Virus record (IMG/VR): IMGVR_UViG_3300012931_000024
Location: 1-54,093 of that record
Length of the DNA: 54,093 bases
Reading direction: 5' to 3' (one strand)
From: a virus
Taxonomy: Duplodnaviria > Caudoviricetes
Position numbers and translations under genes: made by a program. The notes under the pieces are model-generated. The model was not told where the DNA came from. It did no database searches and worked only from the letters and a program-made list of their open reading frames with translations. Positions within the stretch are counted from its first letter, which is position 1, and the number at the start of each line of letters is the position of its first letter. Of this stretch, positions 45,857 through 53,052 are shown piece after piece.

Positions 45857-46078
45857 TTATTCCCTCTTCAGTTGGTCAATCTGTTCATTTCTTATCTTGA
45901 CTAAAGCCTCTCCCAGAGCCAGCCGCAGCTTCCTAACTTCTAGGAGCGAGGGCTTTTCTCCGATGAACTCGACCAGTTCATCATCAGCGTATTGAACCAT
46001 CTCCCGAGCCTGCAAGAGAAATTTGCAGGCTGTGTCATAATGCCGACTGACTTCGAGACCTTCAAGAGAATATCCCAT
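45857..46078 (-). CDS. small helical hypothetical protein
   Basis: GGAGG SD; coupled. Confidence 0.7.
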   Translation of the reverse strand: MGYSLEGLEVSRHYDTACKFLLQAREMVQYADDELVEFIGEKPSLLEVRKLRLALGEALVKIRNEQIDQLKRE

Positions 46079-46079
46079 T

Positions 46080-46340
46080 TTATCCTCCGGTTATCTGCTT
46101 TAAGATTAGAGCAGCACCCACATACTTTGATTGCCACTCATGCCGAAATGGGCTTCTGACTAAGAGAGCCCGACGGTTGATAACGATTGTTGGCCTTAAA
46201 GGCAAGTGATAGGTTTCAAGGCCATTGCGATGATTAGCGTGATGATAAATTTCTTTCACAATTTCACCCTGAAAGTTCTGAGCGCAAGCGCACATGAACT
46301 TTGGTTCCTCACACTCTGGGCATCGGCTTACGTCTTGCAT
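46080..46340 (-). CDS. hypothetical protein (CPEC...CAC)
   Basis: AAGGAGGT SD. Confidence 0.7.
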   Translation of the reverse strand: MQDVSRCPECEEPKFMCACAQNFQGEIVKEIYHHANHRNGLETYHLPLRPTIVINRRALLVRSPFRHEWQSKYVGAALILKQITGG

Positions 46341-46370
46341 CTGACCTCCTTGCTTTGTCTTTTTATCTTT

Positions 46371-46389
46371 ATTATATCATATTATATCA
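46371..46389 (-). promoter_or_regulatory. tandem extended -10 promoter elements
   Basis: TGATATAAT twice, 10 nt apart, upstream of 46340. Confidence 0.65.
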
Positions 46390-47143
46390 ATAAAATCAGT
46401 AAGTTCCATCATAATCCTGGTTGTTTTTGACGAATCCTGGATATGATAGAAACCTCCCGGGAGGATGAGAAAAATCATGGCTTCTTTGTAAACTATTTAA
46501 AATAATGGAATGTAGATTTCATGGAGTTAAAAAAATTTTCGGAGCGAAGATAGTTTTTGAGTACGCACTACAAAACTAACCTCCCGGCTGGATAAGGCTT
46601 ATAGCCCAAGTCCTTCCGGTAGGAGAACCTATAGTCCTGGTAGTTGGAAAGTCTATGCGGAAGGTCGGCGGTCCGGTGGGAAAATGGTTAATGGTGGTGG
46701 TAGAGGTGGACTGGAAATGGTAGTGGCTGGTTGGCCGGTTCGGGAATCCTTCCCATGGTGGTTGGCTCGGCGGCTGCTGTGAGATTTTTTGGATTCGGCG
46801 GGCCCGTCATGGAGCCTGGGTCATTTCTGTAAATCCGTGACAACCATCTATCCTATAGTACCCATTCTATATCCAAACAGGCTGATTCTCTTTCTTTGCT
46901 TTTAATTTAATCTGAATGGGAAAGATTTTAAGGTATTTTCTACCTGGGAAACGCTTAAATCCAAAAAAATGAACACCACGTAAAAAACTTCTTTACACCC
47001 TCTTTTGTTTTGTGATAGCATGAAAAATGACCCGAAAATATCAATGTTTCTGGAAGAAACAAGGCTGTGAAAACCATCGGGAATATAACCAATAACCAAG
47101 TCACCCTGGATAATGAAAGGAATGCGAAAAAACGCAAGCAATT

Positions 47144-47164
47144 TATAATGGTCTATGATAGAAT
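47144..47164 (+). promoter_or_regulatory. early rightward promoter (-10 elements)
   Basis: TATAAT at 47144 and extended -10 TGATAGAAT at 47156, with A-tracts upstream. Confidence 0.5.
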
Positions 47165-47211
47165 AATAGTGCAATGAAAGAAGAAATTAGACCAACGGCC
47201 AAGAGAAATTT

Positions 47212-47508
47212 ATGAAAATCATTCGTTTCCAACGCCCCAAGCCCGACATGAGAGATGTCAAGAAATGTGACTCATGTGGAGGAGGGGTGAATTTCCATTC
47301 AACCAATCATGCTTTTTATCTGTGTTCTGGCTGTAAGAACACAGTTGACGCTCGGCTTAAAAATGGTGGGATTGATACTAAGGGGTTCTGGAAGACAGTT
47401 AATCCTATAGTTCAGACAGTCCCGAAAGTGTTTAAACCATACAGGCCGAGAAAAACAAGAAAGTGTGTTCACACCGCTTTCGCTTGCAGCATAGCTGCCC
47501 CCAAGTAA
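47212..47508 (+). CDS. Zn-ribbon basic protein
   Basis: CDSC...CSGC; first ORF after the promoter; weak SD. Confidence 0.55.
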   Translation: MKIIRFQRPKPDMRDVKKCDSCGGGVNFHSTNHAFYLCSGCKNTVDARLKNGGIDTKGFWKTVNPIVQTVPKVFKPYRPRKTRKCVHTAFACSIAAPK

Positions 47509-48053
47509 TCTGCTCTATTTGGGAGAGAAAGGTCTTTGACAATTAGGCACAGAGGGAGTTATCACACTCCAGAGAACGTGTAGAGTTACTGGAAGAGAAG
47601 TAACTGACAGGTCTCGTCCAAAAGTGAAAAAAGATAGACTGGGGGTGATAGTCGGAGCTATTGCTGAGGTCTATGACTTGGTGAAACGAAAGGGTTGTGC
47701 TGAGTAGGATTAGCCAGGTTGCTGATTCAAGGCCAGAAAAATTGATGCTTGGGAGAGAAGCAGGAAACTGCGAATCGCCGCACATGCATCTGCAAGGCTT
47801 AGAATCGTTAGGATTGGTAGTGTGGCTGATTACAAGTGTAGGCCAATTCTAACAGTTGCTGGTGCCGAAAAGGTCAACAAATCATCGGGAAAATTAATCG
47901 CAGATGGGTTGACTGAGTAGGGAGAAACTTGCAGGAAGACAAGCGTTAAGGAGATGCCTGATAGGCCGCCCGATGTCGAAGTTTCGCATTGGTTGAGAGC
48001 GCTAGTGAGCCTCCCTAAACAACTAACCCATTTGCGTTAAGCAGATGGTCGGC
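47507..48053 (+). ncRNA. large structured non-coding RNA candidate (~550 nt)
   Basis: No credible ORF; many nested helices with G-U pairs, a GAAA tetraloop, long-range pairings and a pseudoknot (see findings). Confidence 0.65.
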
Positions 48054-48054
48054 T

Positions 48055-48133
48055 TGAGACATGCAAACTAAAGCGGCTGGTGCTGCTGGCGGTAGTCTTG
48101 TCAGCGGTATCAGCCGCTTTCTTGTTTGCCTCA
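48055..48133 (+). promoter_or_regulatory. long RNA hairpin (terminator or RNase III-type processing site)
   Basis: AAAGCGGCTGGTGCTGCTGGCGG / TTGTCAGCGGTATCAGCCGCTTT with several G-U pairs. Confidence 0.6.
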
Positions 48134-48165
48134 GGTGAACAGAAAAATATCTTAAGGAGGACAAA

Positions 48166-48480
48166 ATGGAACTTGTAAGGGTCAAAAGTTACGATGAGAA
48201 AGAAGGGAAGATTCCACCAATCAGGGCAATTCGAGCAGTTACTGGTTGGGGGCTGAAGGAAGCCAAAGACTTTGTTGAAACTTTACCCCAATCCTTAACT
48301 GTCAAAGGCATCGAGCAGATTGTCACCCTTGCCAAAGGCGGATTGGATGTTGAGGTCACTGAGGTTCAAGAAGCTCTTTGGGATATCCTACTCAAGGCTG
48401 CAAGACAGGCTTTGAATGAAAACCAGGCTGACTTGGCCTATGACATTTTAACCCTTTGCAGAAAGTATGACTTCTTTTAA
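48166..48480 (+). CDS. ribosomal protein bL12 (L7/L12) C-terminal-domain-containing protein
   Basis: KIPPIRAIRAVTGWGLKEAKDFVETLP; AAGGAGG SD. Confidence 0.8.
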   Translation: MELVRVKSYDEKEGKIPPIRAIRAVTGWGLKEAKDFVETLPQSLTVKGIEQIVTLAKGGLDVEVTEVQEALWDILLKAARQALNENQADLAYDILTLCRKYDFF

Positions 48481-48492
48481 AAAGGAGGACAA

Positions 48493-48708
48493 ATGACTAA
48501 CAAGGAATTTGCCGTGAAAGACCAGGTTTTCAGGAAGGCTTGTGAGTTGACCATCATCAACAATAAACCCCTACCTGCTCCTGCTCGGCAAGCCTCAAAG
48601 TATCGGCGTGGTCTTGGGGTGGCCTTCAAGATGAAGACTATGGCGGTCAAAACTTTGGCAGAGGAGAAGAAAAAGACAAACAAAAAGGTTGTCAAACCAA
48701 AGGAGTAA
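48493..48708 (+). CDS. small basic phage protein
   Basis: FRKAC...RQASKYRRGLGVAF motif; AAGGAGG SD. Confidence 0.75.
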   Translation: MTNKEFAVKDQVFRKACELTIINNKPLPAPARQASKYRRGLGVAFKMKTMAVKTLAEEKKKTNKKVVKPKE

Positions 48709-48710
48709 AG

Positions 48711-48878
48711 ATGAAAGAAGGCAACAAGGTTCACGTTGATACTGACAATAAGGAATGGGGTCGTGTAGCCTCAGATGGGATTATCATAAGGGTTTATAAA
48801 ACTACTTGTCTTGTGCAAGTAGAAACCATTCGAGCCTGTCTCATTATCCCTAAAGAGGATATTAATCCGAAGGAGTAA
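48711..48878 (+). CDS. 55-aa SH3/KOW-like small protein
   Basis: Read manually: MKEGNKVHVDTDNKEWGRVASDGIIIRVY...; AAGGAG SD. Confidence 0.6.
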   Translation: MKEGNKVHVDTDNKEWGRVASDGIIIRVYKTTCLVQVETIRACLIIPKEDINPKE

Positions 48879-48880
48879 AA

Positions 48881-49324
48881 ATGGAAAATGAGGGCTGGAA
48901 AATCGCTGCCGCCAATGAAGTTGACTATATCATGGAAGAGGCGGCAAAATTAAATCAAGGCTTAACTGCTTATTATCGGCGGAAAGTGCCGAATAAGAAG
49001 CCTTGGTTAACTCGTATGACTTTGGATGAAAGGACAAAGTTACGTCGGATTCTTTCTGGGAATATCCAGAATAACTGGTATCATCTCGGAGAGAAATTAA
49101 CTTTACTTTTCTCTGGCAAGGTTTATGGGCCGGATAAACACAACATGTTTTTAAAATCCTACTGCATTTTGCACAATGACGTGAAGGATGCGGCCTTGAT
49201 TTGCAAAAACCTTGAAGCCCAATTCTTTGGCAAGGTGAAATGCTTCTGCATTCCTTACATTGAACGGCCTTGGACTGATAGGCCGTACACTTGGATTCGG
49301 GTGAAGGTTTTGTTCAATAACTAA
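48881..49324 (+). CDS. hypothetical protein
   Basis: AAGGAG SD. Confidence 0.75.
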   Translation: MENEGWKIAAANEVDYIMEEAAKLNQGLTAYYRRKVPNKKPWLTRMTLDERTKLRRILSGNIQNNWYHLGEKLTLLFSGKVYGPDKHNMFLKSYCILHNDVKDAALICKNLEAQFFGKVKCFCIPYIERPWTDRPYTWIRVKVLFNN

Positions 49325-49337
49325 AAAGGAGTCCAAC

Positions 49338-49616
49338 ATGGCTAACTCAGAGGAATATTGGGTGGAAAAATACAAGGAAGAAGCTGAAAAGGTAGTTGAA
49401 GCCCATTATATCATTGGCTGGCTATCTGGTCAACTCAAGGTTTGGCATGGGTATTCGGATGAGCAAATTGAAAAGCTCATTTCCGAAGGAATACAATCAT
49501 ACCATAAACTTCGTGAGGAAAGACAACATGGAAAAACATTTGGAGAAGGAGCTGAAGAGGGTAAAGCTGACTTTGGAAAAGCTCCAGAGGAAGCTGAATC
49601 GGGAACAGGAGCGTAA
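49338..49616 (+). CDS. hypothetical acidic protein
   Basis: AAGGAG SD. Confidence 0.65.
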   Translation: MANSEEYWVEKYKEEAEKVVEAHYIIGWLSGQLKVWHGYSDEQIEKLISEGIQSYHKLREERQHGKTFGEGAEEGKADFGKAPEEAESGTGA

Positions 49617-49671
49617 ACTGGATAAAACTCGGCGGCAAGAACGGGAAATTAAGCAGCGGAGGGCTGTGTAA
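49528..49671 (+). CDS. small basic coiled-coil protein (MEKHLEKELKR...)
   Basis: GAGGA SD; abuts the next start; overlaps the previous ORF. Confidence 0.5.
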   Translation: MEKHLEKELKRVKLTLEKLQRKLNREQERKLDKTRRQEREIKQRRAV

Positions 49672-49881
49672 ATGGCTGAGAATGAATTTCTCCAGGAACT
49701 ACTGGCAATCAAACAGCGGACCGGACATGCCTTCGGCTATGAACGCAAGTTGGCTGAAGAAGAAGGCGGACACGGGTTCTTTCTTTATCGCCTTATCACT
49801 CACAGTGGGGTTGCCCACACAAATTGGGTAACAAAAGAGGCGATGCAGAATTATCTTCGGCGGAGAGCAGCAGGGAAATAA
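49672..49881 (+). CDS. hypothetical protein
   Basis: GGAGG SD. Confidence 0.7.
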   Translation: MAENEFLQELLAIKQRTGHAFGYERKLAEEEGGHGFFLYRLITHSGVAHTNWVTKEAMQNYLRRRAAGK

Positions 49882-50013
49882 GGAGGGAAAATCATGGAAC
49901 TCACTTATTTGGTTTTCTTTCTGTTCGGGATTTTGCCTTGGGCTGACAATGCCAGGGTAGTGTTTTGCTAAACAGAGTAGGAAATGCTCTGGAACTAACG
50001 AAAAGGAGGATTC

Positions 50014-50220
50014 ATGGACGCAGAAGGCAGAGTCATTCCAGTGGTTGAAGATGACCAAGGAGAAGGCATGAAAAATGAACTTGCACCAGAAGTGGCGGAA
50101 GAAGTTGGCAGATTCATTCCTGCTGCTAACAAAAATGTAAGTCACCTTCTGAAAAAGAAGGAGAAGAACCGCAAACGCAACAAAATGGCGGCCAAATCTC
50201 GCAAAAGAAACAGGGGATAA
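50014..50220 (+). CDS. small protein with acidic N-terminus and very basic C-terminus
   Basis: AAGGAGG SD; KNRKRNKMAAKSRKRNR. Confidence 0.75.
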   Translation: MDAEGRVIPVVEDDQGEGMKNELAPEVAEEVGRFIPAANKNVSHLLKKKEKNRKRNKMAAKSRKRNRG

Positions 50221-50222
50221 AC

Positions 50223-50432
50223 ATGAAAAAACCAAGAAGGATTCGTGAAAAACCATACTGTACAAAATGTATCCACAAAGATGTTTGCGGCATATATGAT
50301 GCCCTTTTCGAGGCCACAGTCTACATGGATAAGTTCGACGATTACCTGGCTGAAGGGTATGAAGATGAACTTTTCTATATGCTGGCAGACAATTGCAATA
50401 AATACAAACCAGAGGAGGTGATTGAGGAATGA
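50223..50432 (+). CDS. small Cys-containing protein (CxxCxHxxxC...C)
   Basis: Coupled ORF with metal-binding motif. Confidence 0.7.
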   Translation: MKKPRRIREKPYCTKCIHKDVCGIYDALFEATVYMDKFDDYLAEGYEDELFYMLADNCNKYKPEEVIEE

Positions 50433-50601
50433 AAAATTAGTGCAAGGGAGCACCAATTGAATTAGATGCAGGTCCTCACATTGTTTGGCTGTTGAAGGCA
50501 TGGAGGAGATATTTAATAGGAATATATCTTCTCCATCCTTGAGCAATCAAACTGCTCCTTGAGTAAGTGGTTGCCAATTCCAAAAAGGGAGGTATCACAG
50601 A

Positions 50602-51132
50602 ATGGCTAAGGCTAAAAAGAATGACAAGAAGGCGAAAAAGGCGAAGAAGAACGTGGCGGCCGAGCCGGCAGTGGTGGCGGTAGTCGAAGAGGTCTTCGGT
50701 GCCGAAACTGTCTCTCCGGCAGTTGTGGCCAACAGCATTGGTGAAAGCTCTCCGGCCATGGTGACCTATGCAAACAAAGGCAATGGCGGAAGCCCTGAGG
50801 CCGAGACAAAGAAGGCCGAAACTTTCAATCGTAACGGGGTGGATGCTCTGATGACCGCCGGCTTGCCGGGGAATGACACCCTCGTGATTGACACGACCAA
50901 GCCTGCGAAAAAGTCTCGGATTGCCTTGACTGGCGGTTATCGGGGCACAGTTCGGGAGATGATTCTTGCTGGGAATACCGGCGAGGAAATCATCAAGAAG
51001 ATTGCTGGAATGTATGAGGCCACCGGCCAGTCCCATGAGTACGGCATGAACCGTGGCAAGCGCATTTTGCAGGACATGCTGCGGGATCAAAAGCGGGGAA
51101 TCTTTGGCGTGCAGGAGAATGTCACCGCCTAA
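50602..51132 (+). CDS. Lys/Ala-rich putative DNA-binding early protein
   Basis: GGAGGT SD; AKAKKNDKKAKKAKK N-terminus; GC-rich codon usage; flanked by hairpins. Confidence 0.8.
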   Translation: MAKAKKNDKKAKKAKKNVAAEPAVVAVVEEVFGAETVSPAVVANSIGESSPAMVTYANKGNGGSPEAETKKAETFNRNGVDALMTAGLPGNDTLVIDTTKPAKKSRIALTGGYRGTVREMILAGNTGEEIIKKIAGMYEATGQSHEYGMNRGKRILQDMLRDQKRGIFGVQENVTA

Positions 51133-51145
51133 TCCAGCTCACTAA

Positions 51146-51175
51146 TTCTCTGGGGCTACTCAGTTAGCCCCAGAG
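51146..51175 (+). terminator. hairpin downstream of 50602..51132
   Basis: CTCTGGGGCTA / TAGCCCCAGAG inverted repeat. Confidence 0.55.
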
Positions 51176-51290
51176 AGCTTTCAAGATGGCTACGGGGCAT
51201 TTCCCTTCGTCAGAGATAAGGTTCTCTGAGAGTGCAGGAGCTGATTTTACTCCTGCACTCAATTGAGCATCTTATTTTAAAGGAGGAAAG

Positions 51291-51515
51291 ATGGAGAAGG
51301 AACAAAAAGAGTATTGCGCCATCTTTACTGGAAGCCCTGAACCTGGGGACTGGTCTGTTGAAGATCAGGTGAATATCTGGTTGGGGACCACTGGAAAGAA
51401 TGTAGTGGTTGTTGACCGCTTGATGGGTGTAACTTCGGGAATAAACTCTGAAGGACGTCCTTACGTCAATACAACCATTGCCTTATTCTTTCAGCCGCTG
51501 GTCTCACTCAAATAA
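51291..51515 (+). CDS. hypothetical protein
   Basis: AAGGAGG SD. Confidence 0.75.
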   Translation: MEKEQKEYCAIFTGSPEPGDWSVEDQVNIWLGTTGKNVVVVDRLMGVTSGINSEGRPYVNTTIALFFQPLVSLK

Positions 51516-51526
51516 GGAGGAATGAA

Positions 51527-51826
51527 ATGGCAGAAAGTCTATGGCCTAAAGAAATTGGAGGCATATCAGCCAGATTGGCTGCGGAGAGAAAAGTGGAACA
51601 CATTCTCGAAATGTCTTTTGACCACACCGCAGCCATGATAAGCCTGCTCAATGCAGAGGCGGATGAACTGGTGGCAATATCTTCTTCACATTCCATCTAT
51701 CATTCAGGCAGGCTTGTTTTGAGGGCAAATATCCAAAAACTGGTTATGAGTTTGGAAAAACTAAAGGAGGGAAAAGGCGACAAACTGGACAAGTTCCAGA
51801 GAAAATGTCAGGAATTTGGCATCTAA
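51527..51826 (+). CDS. hypothetical protein
   Basis: AAGGAGG SD. Confidence 0.75.
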   Translation: MAESLWPKEIGGISARLAAERKVEHILEMSFDHTAAMISLLNAEADELVAISSSHSIYHSGRLVLRANIQKLVMSLEKLKEGKGDKLDKFQRKCQEFGI

Positions 51827-51872
51827 AAGACCTTAGATAAAGGTCTGATTAACCCAAAAAGGAGGTTTCACT

Positions 51873-52769
51873 ATGGCAGAAAAGTTACCGATTGTTTGTA
51901 TGCAGGTCAGAACCAAGAAGTGGCCTGGGCAGACAAAACTAAAGGCCGAAGACATCGGGCTGGATGAAGATGATGTGGCTGAAAATGTAGTTCTCGGTCA
52001 TAGAAAGCTTTATCCTGATGAATGGCGGACTCGGTTCAATTCCATTCATCAAAAGGCTGTTGCTTTTCTGAACAAAAACAGCCTGCCTTTCATTCTTGAC
52101 ACAGTTCGGGCGGTGCCAAGAATGAGGATTGATAAAATCGTCGGCGGTCTGGCTGCATTCAAAAACCAATACATGAATGCAGTGGATGAATTTTTGGCCG
52201 ATGTGGATAACATTCGGGTGAAGATGTTAGAAGATTTTCCTGACACCTTTAAACCTGAAGACATTCCAGAAAGGGCCAAACTTCGTGAGAAGTTTAAAAT
52301 GTGGTGGTTAATCTTTGAAGTAAAAGGACCTGATACCACGCAATTGGAACAGGATGAATTGATTTCGGCTTATCATCAAGCCCAACAAGAAATCAATGAA
52401 AAACTGGCCCAATTCGTGGAGGAAAGTGTCATCCTTTTACGGAAAAAGATTTCCCAAGTCGTGGAGGGTTTACGGGACAAGCTGACAGAGGGGAAAATCG
52501 TCAAGAATACCTCTCTGGAAAGTGTCCGTAGTGTTCATGACTGGTTCAAGGAACTCAATGTTTTCGGAGACAAGAGCATTGATTCAGCCTTGGAAAAACT
52601 GAAGGCGGCTTTGCCTGAAGATGCAGCCTTCTTCAAAGGCAACAAAGAATTGCAAACCAAGATTTCTGAGTTGGCGGATGAAGTTGCAAAGAAGGCTGCT
52701 GACTTGGATGACTTGGGAGAAATTACTGGCAAGTATATCAGAGTGGTCGAAGTTGAGGAAGCGGCATAA
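51873..52769 (+). CDS. DUF3150-like helical protein
   Basis: WPGQTKLKAEDIG...LGHRKLYP...RAVP pattern; ELNVFGD; upstream of an AAA ATPase. Confidence 0.65.
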   Translation: MAEKLPIVCMQVRTKKWPGQTKLKAEDIGLDEDDVAENVVLGHRKLYPDEWRTRFNSIHQKAVAFLNKNSLPFILDTVRAVPRMRIDKIVGGLAAFKNQYMNAVDEFLADVDNIRVKMLEDFPDTFKPEDIPERAKLREKFKMWWLIFEVKGPDTTQLEQDELISAYHQAQQEINEKLAQFVEESVILLRKKISQVVEGLRDKLTEGKIVKNTSLESVRSVHDWFKELNVFGDKSIDSALEKLKAALPEDAAFFKGNKELQTKISELADEVAKKAADLDDLGEITGKYIRVVEVEEAA

Positions 52770-53052
52770 TGCCAATCCTTTACTGGTGTATCCGAAACAC
52801 CAAAACAAAAGACTACTGGAGCAACGAAACAGGCTGGACAGAGTTTCCTGAACTCTGTACCCTTTTCACAAACTCCATGAAGGAGAAAATTCCTCATATT
52901 CCTCTTGATGGAAAATGGGAAGAATTTTCTCCCCCAGCTAATCTCTAGCGGTCGTTGAGGCAAGGTGCAGCCGAAGTATGGGCTGTCACTTTGCTTGAGC
53001 GTAACCCGCTCTATGGGTAATTAAAACCCCAATAAAAAGGAGGTTCGCTATT

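Noticed and set aside
46902-47174. 90-aa and 60-aa minus-strand ORFs
   Set aside because: Phe-rich translations of A-tract promoter DNA with no clear SD.
47543-47785. 80-aa minus-strand ORF
   Set aside because: Opposite to local transcription, Ser-rich and lacking an SD; better explained as antisense to the structured RNA.
47507-48053. Group I/II intron
   Set aside because: It does not interrupt a gene, and no group II ends/domain V or group I P7 core was recognised. A covariance search is still needed.
50476-51090. 204-aa minus-strand ORF
   Set aside because: Antisense shadow of the GC-rich gene 50602..51132.
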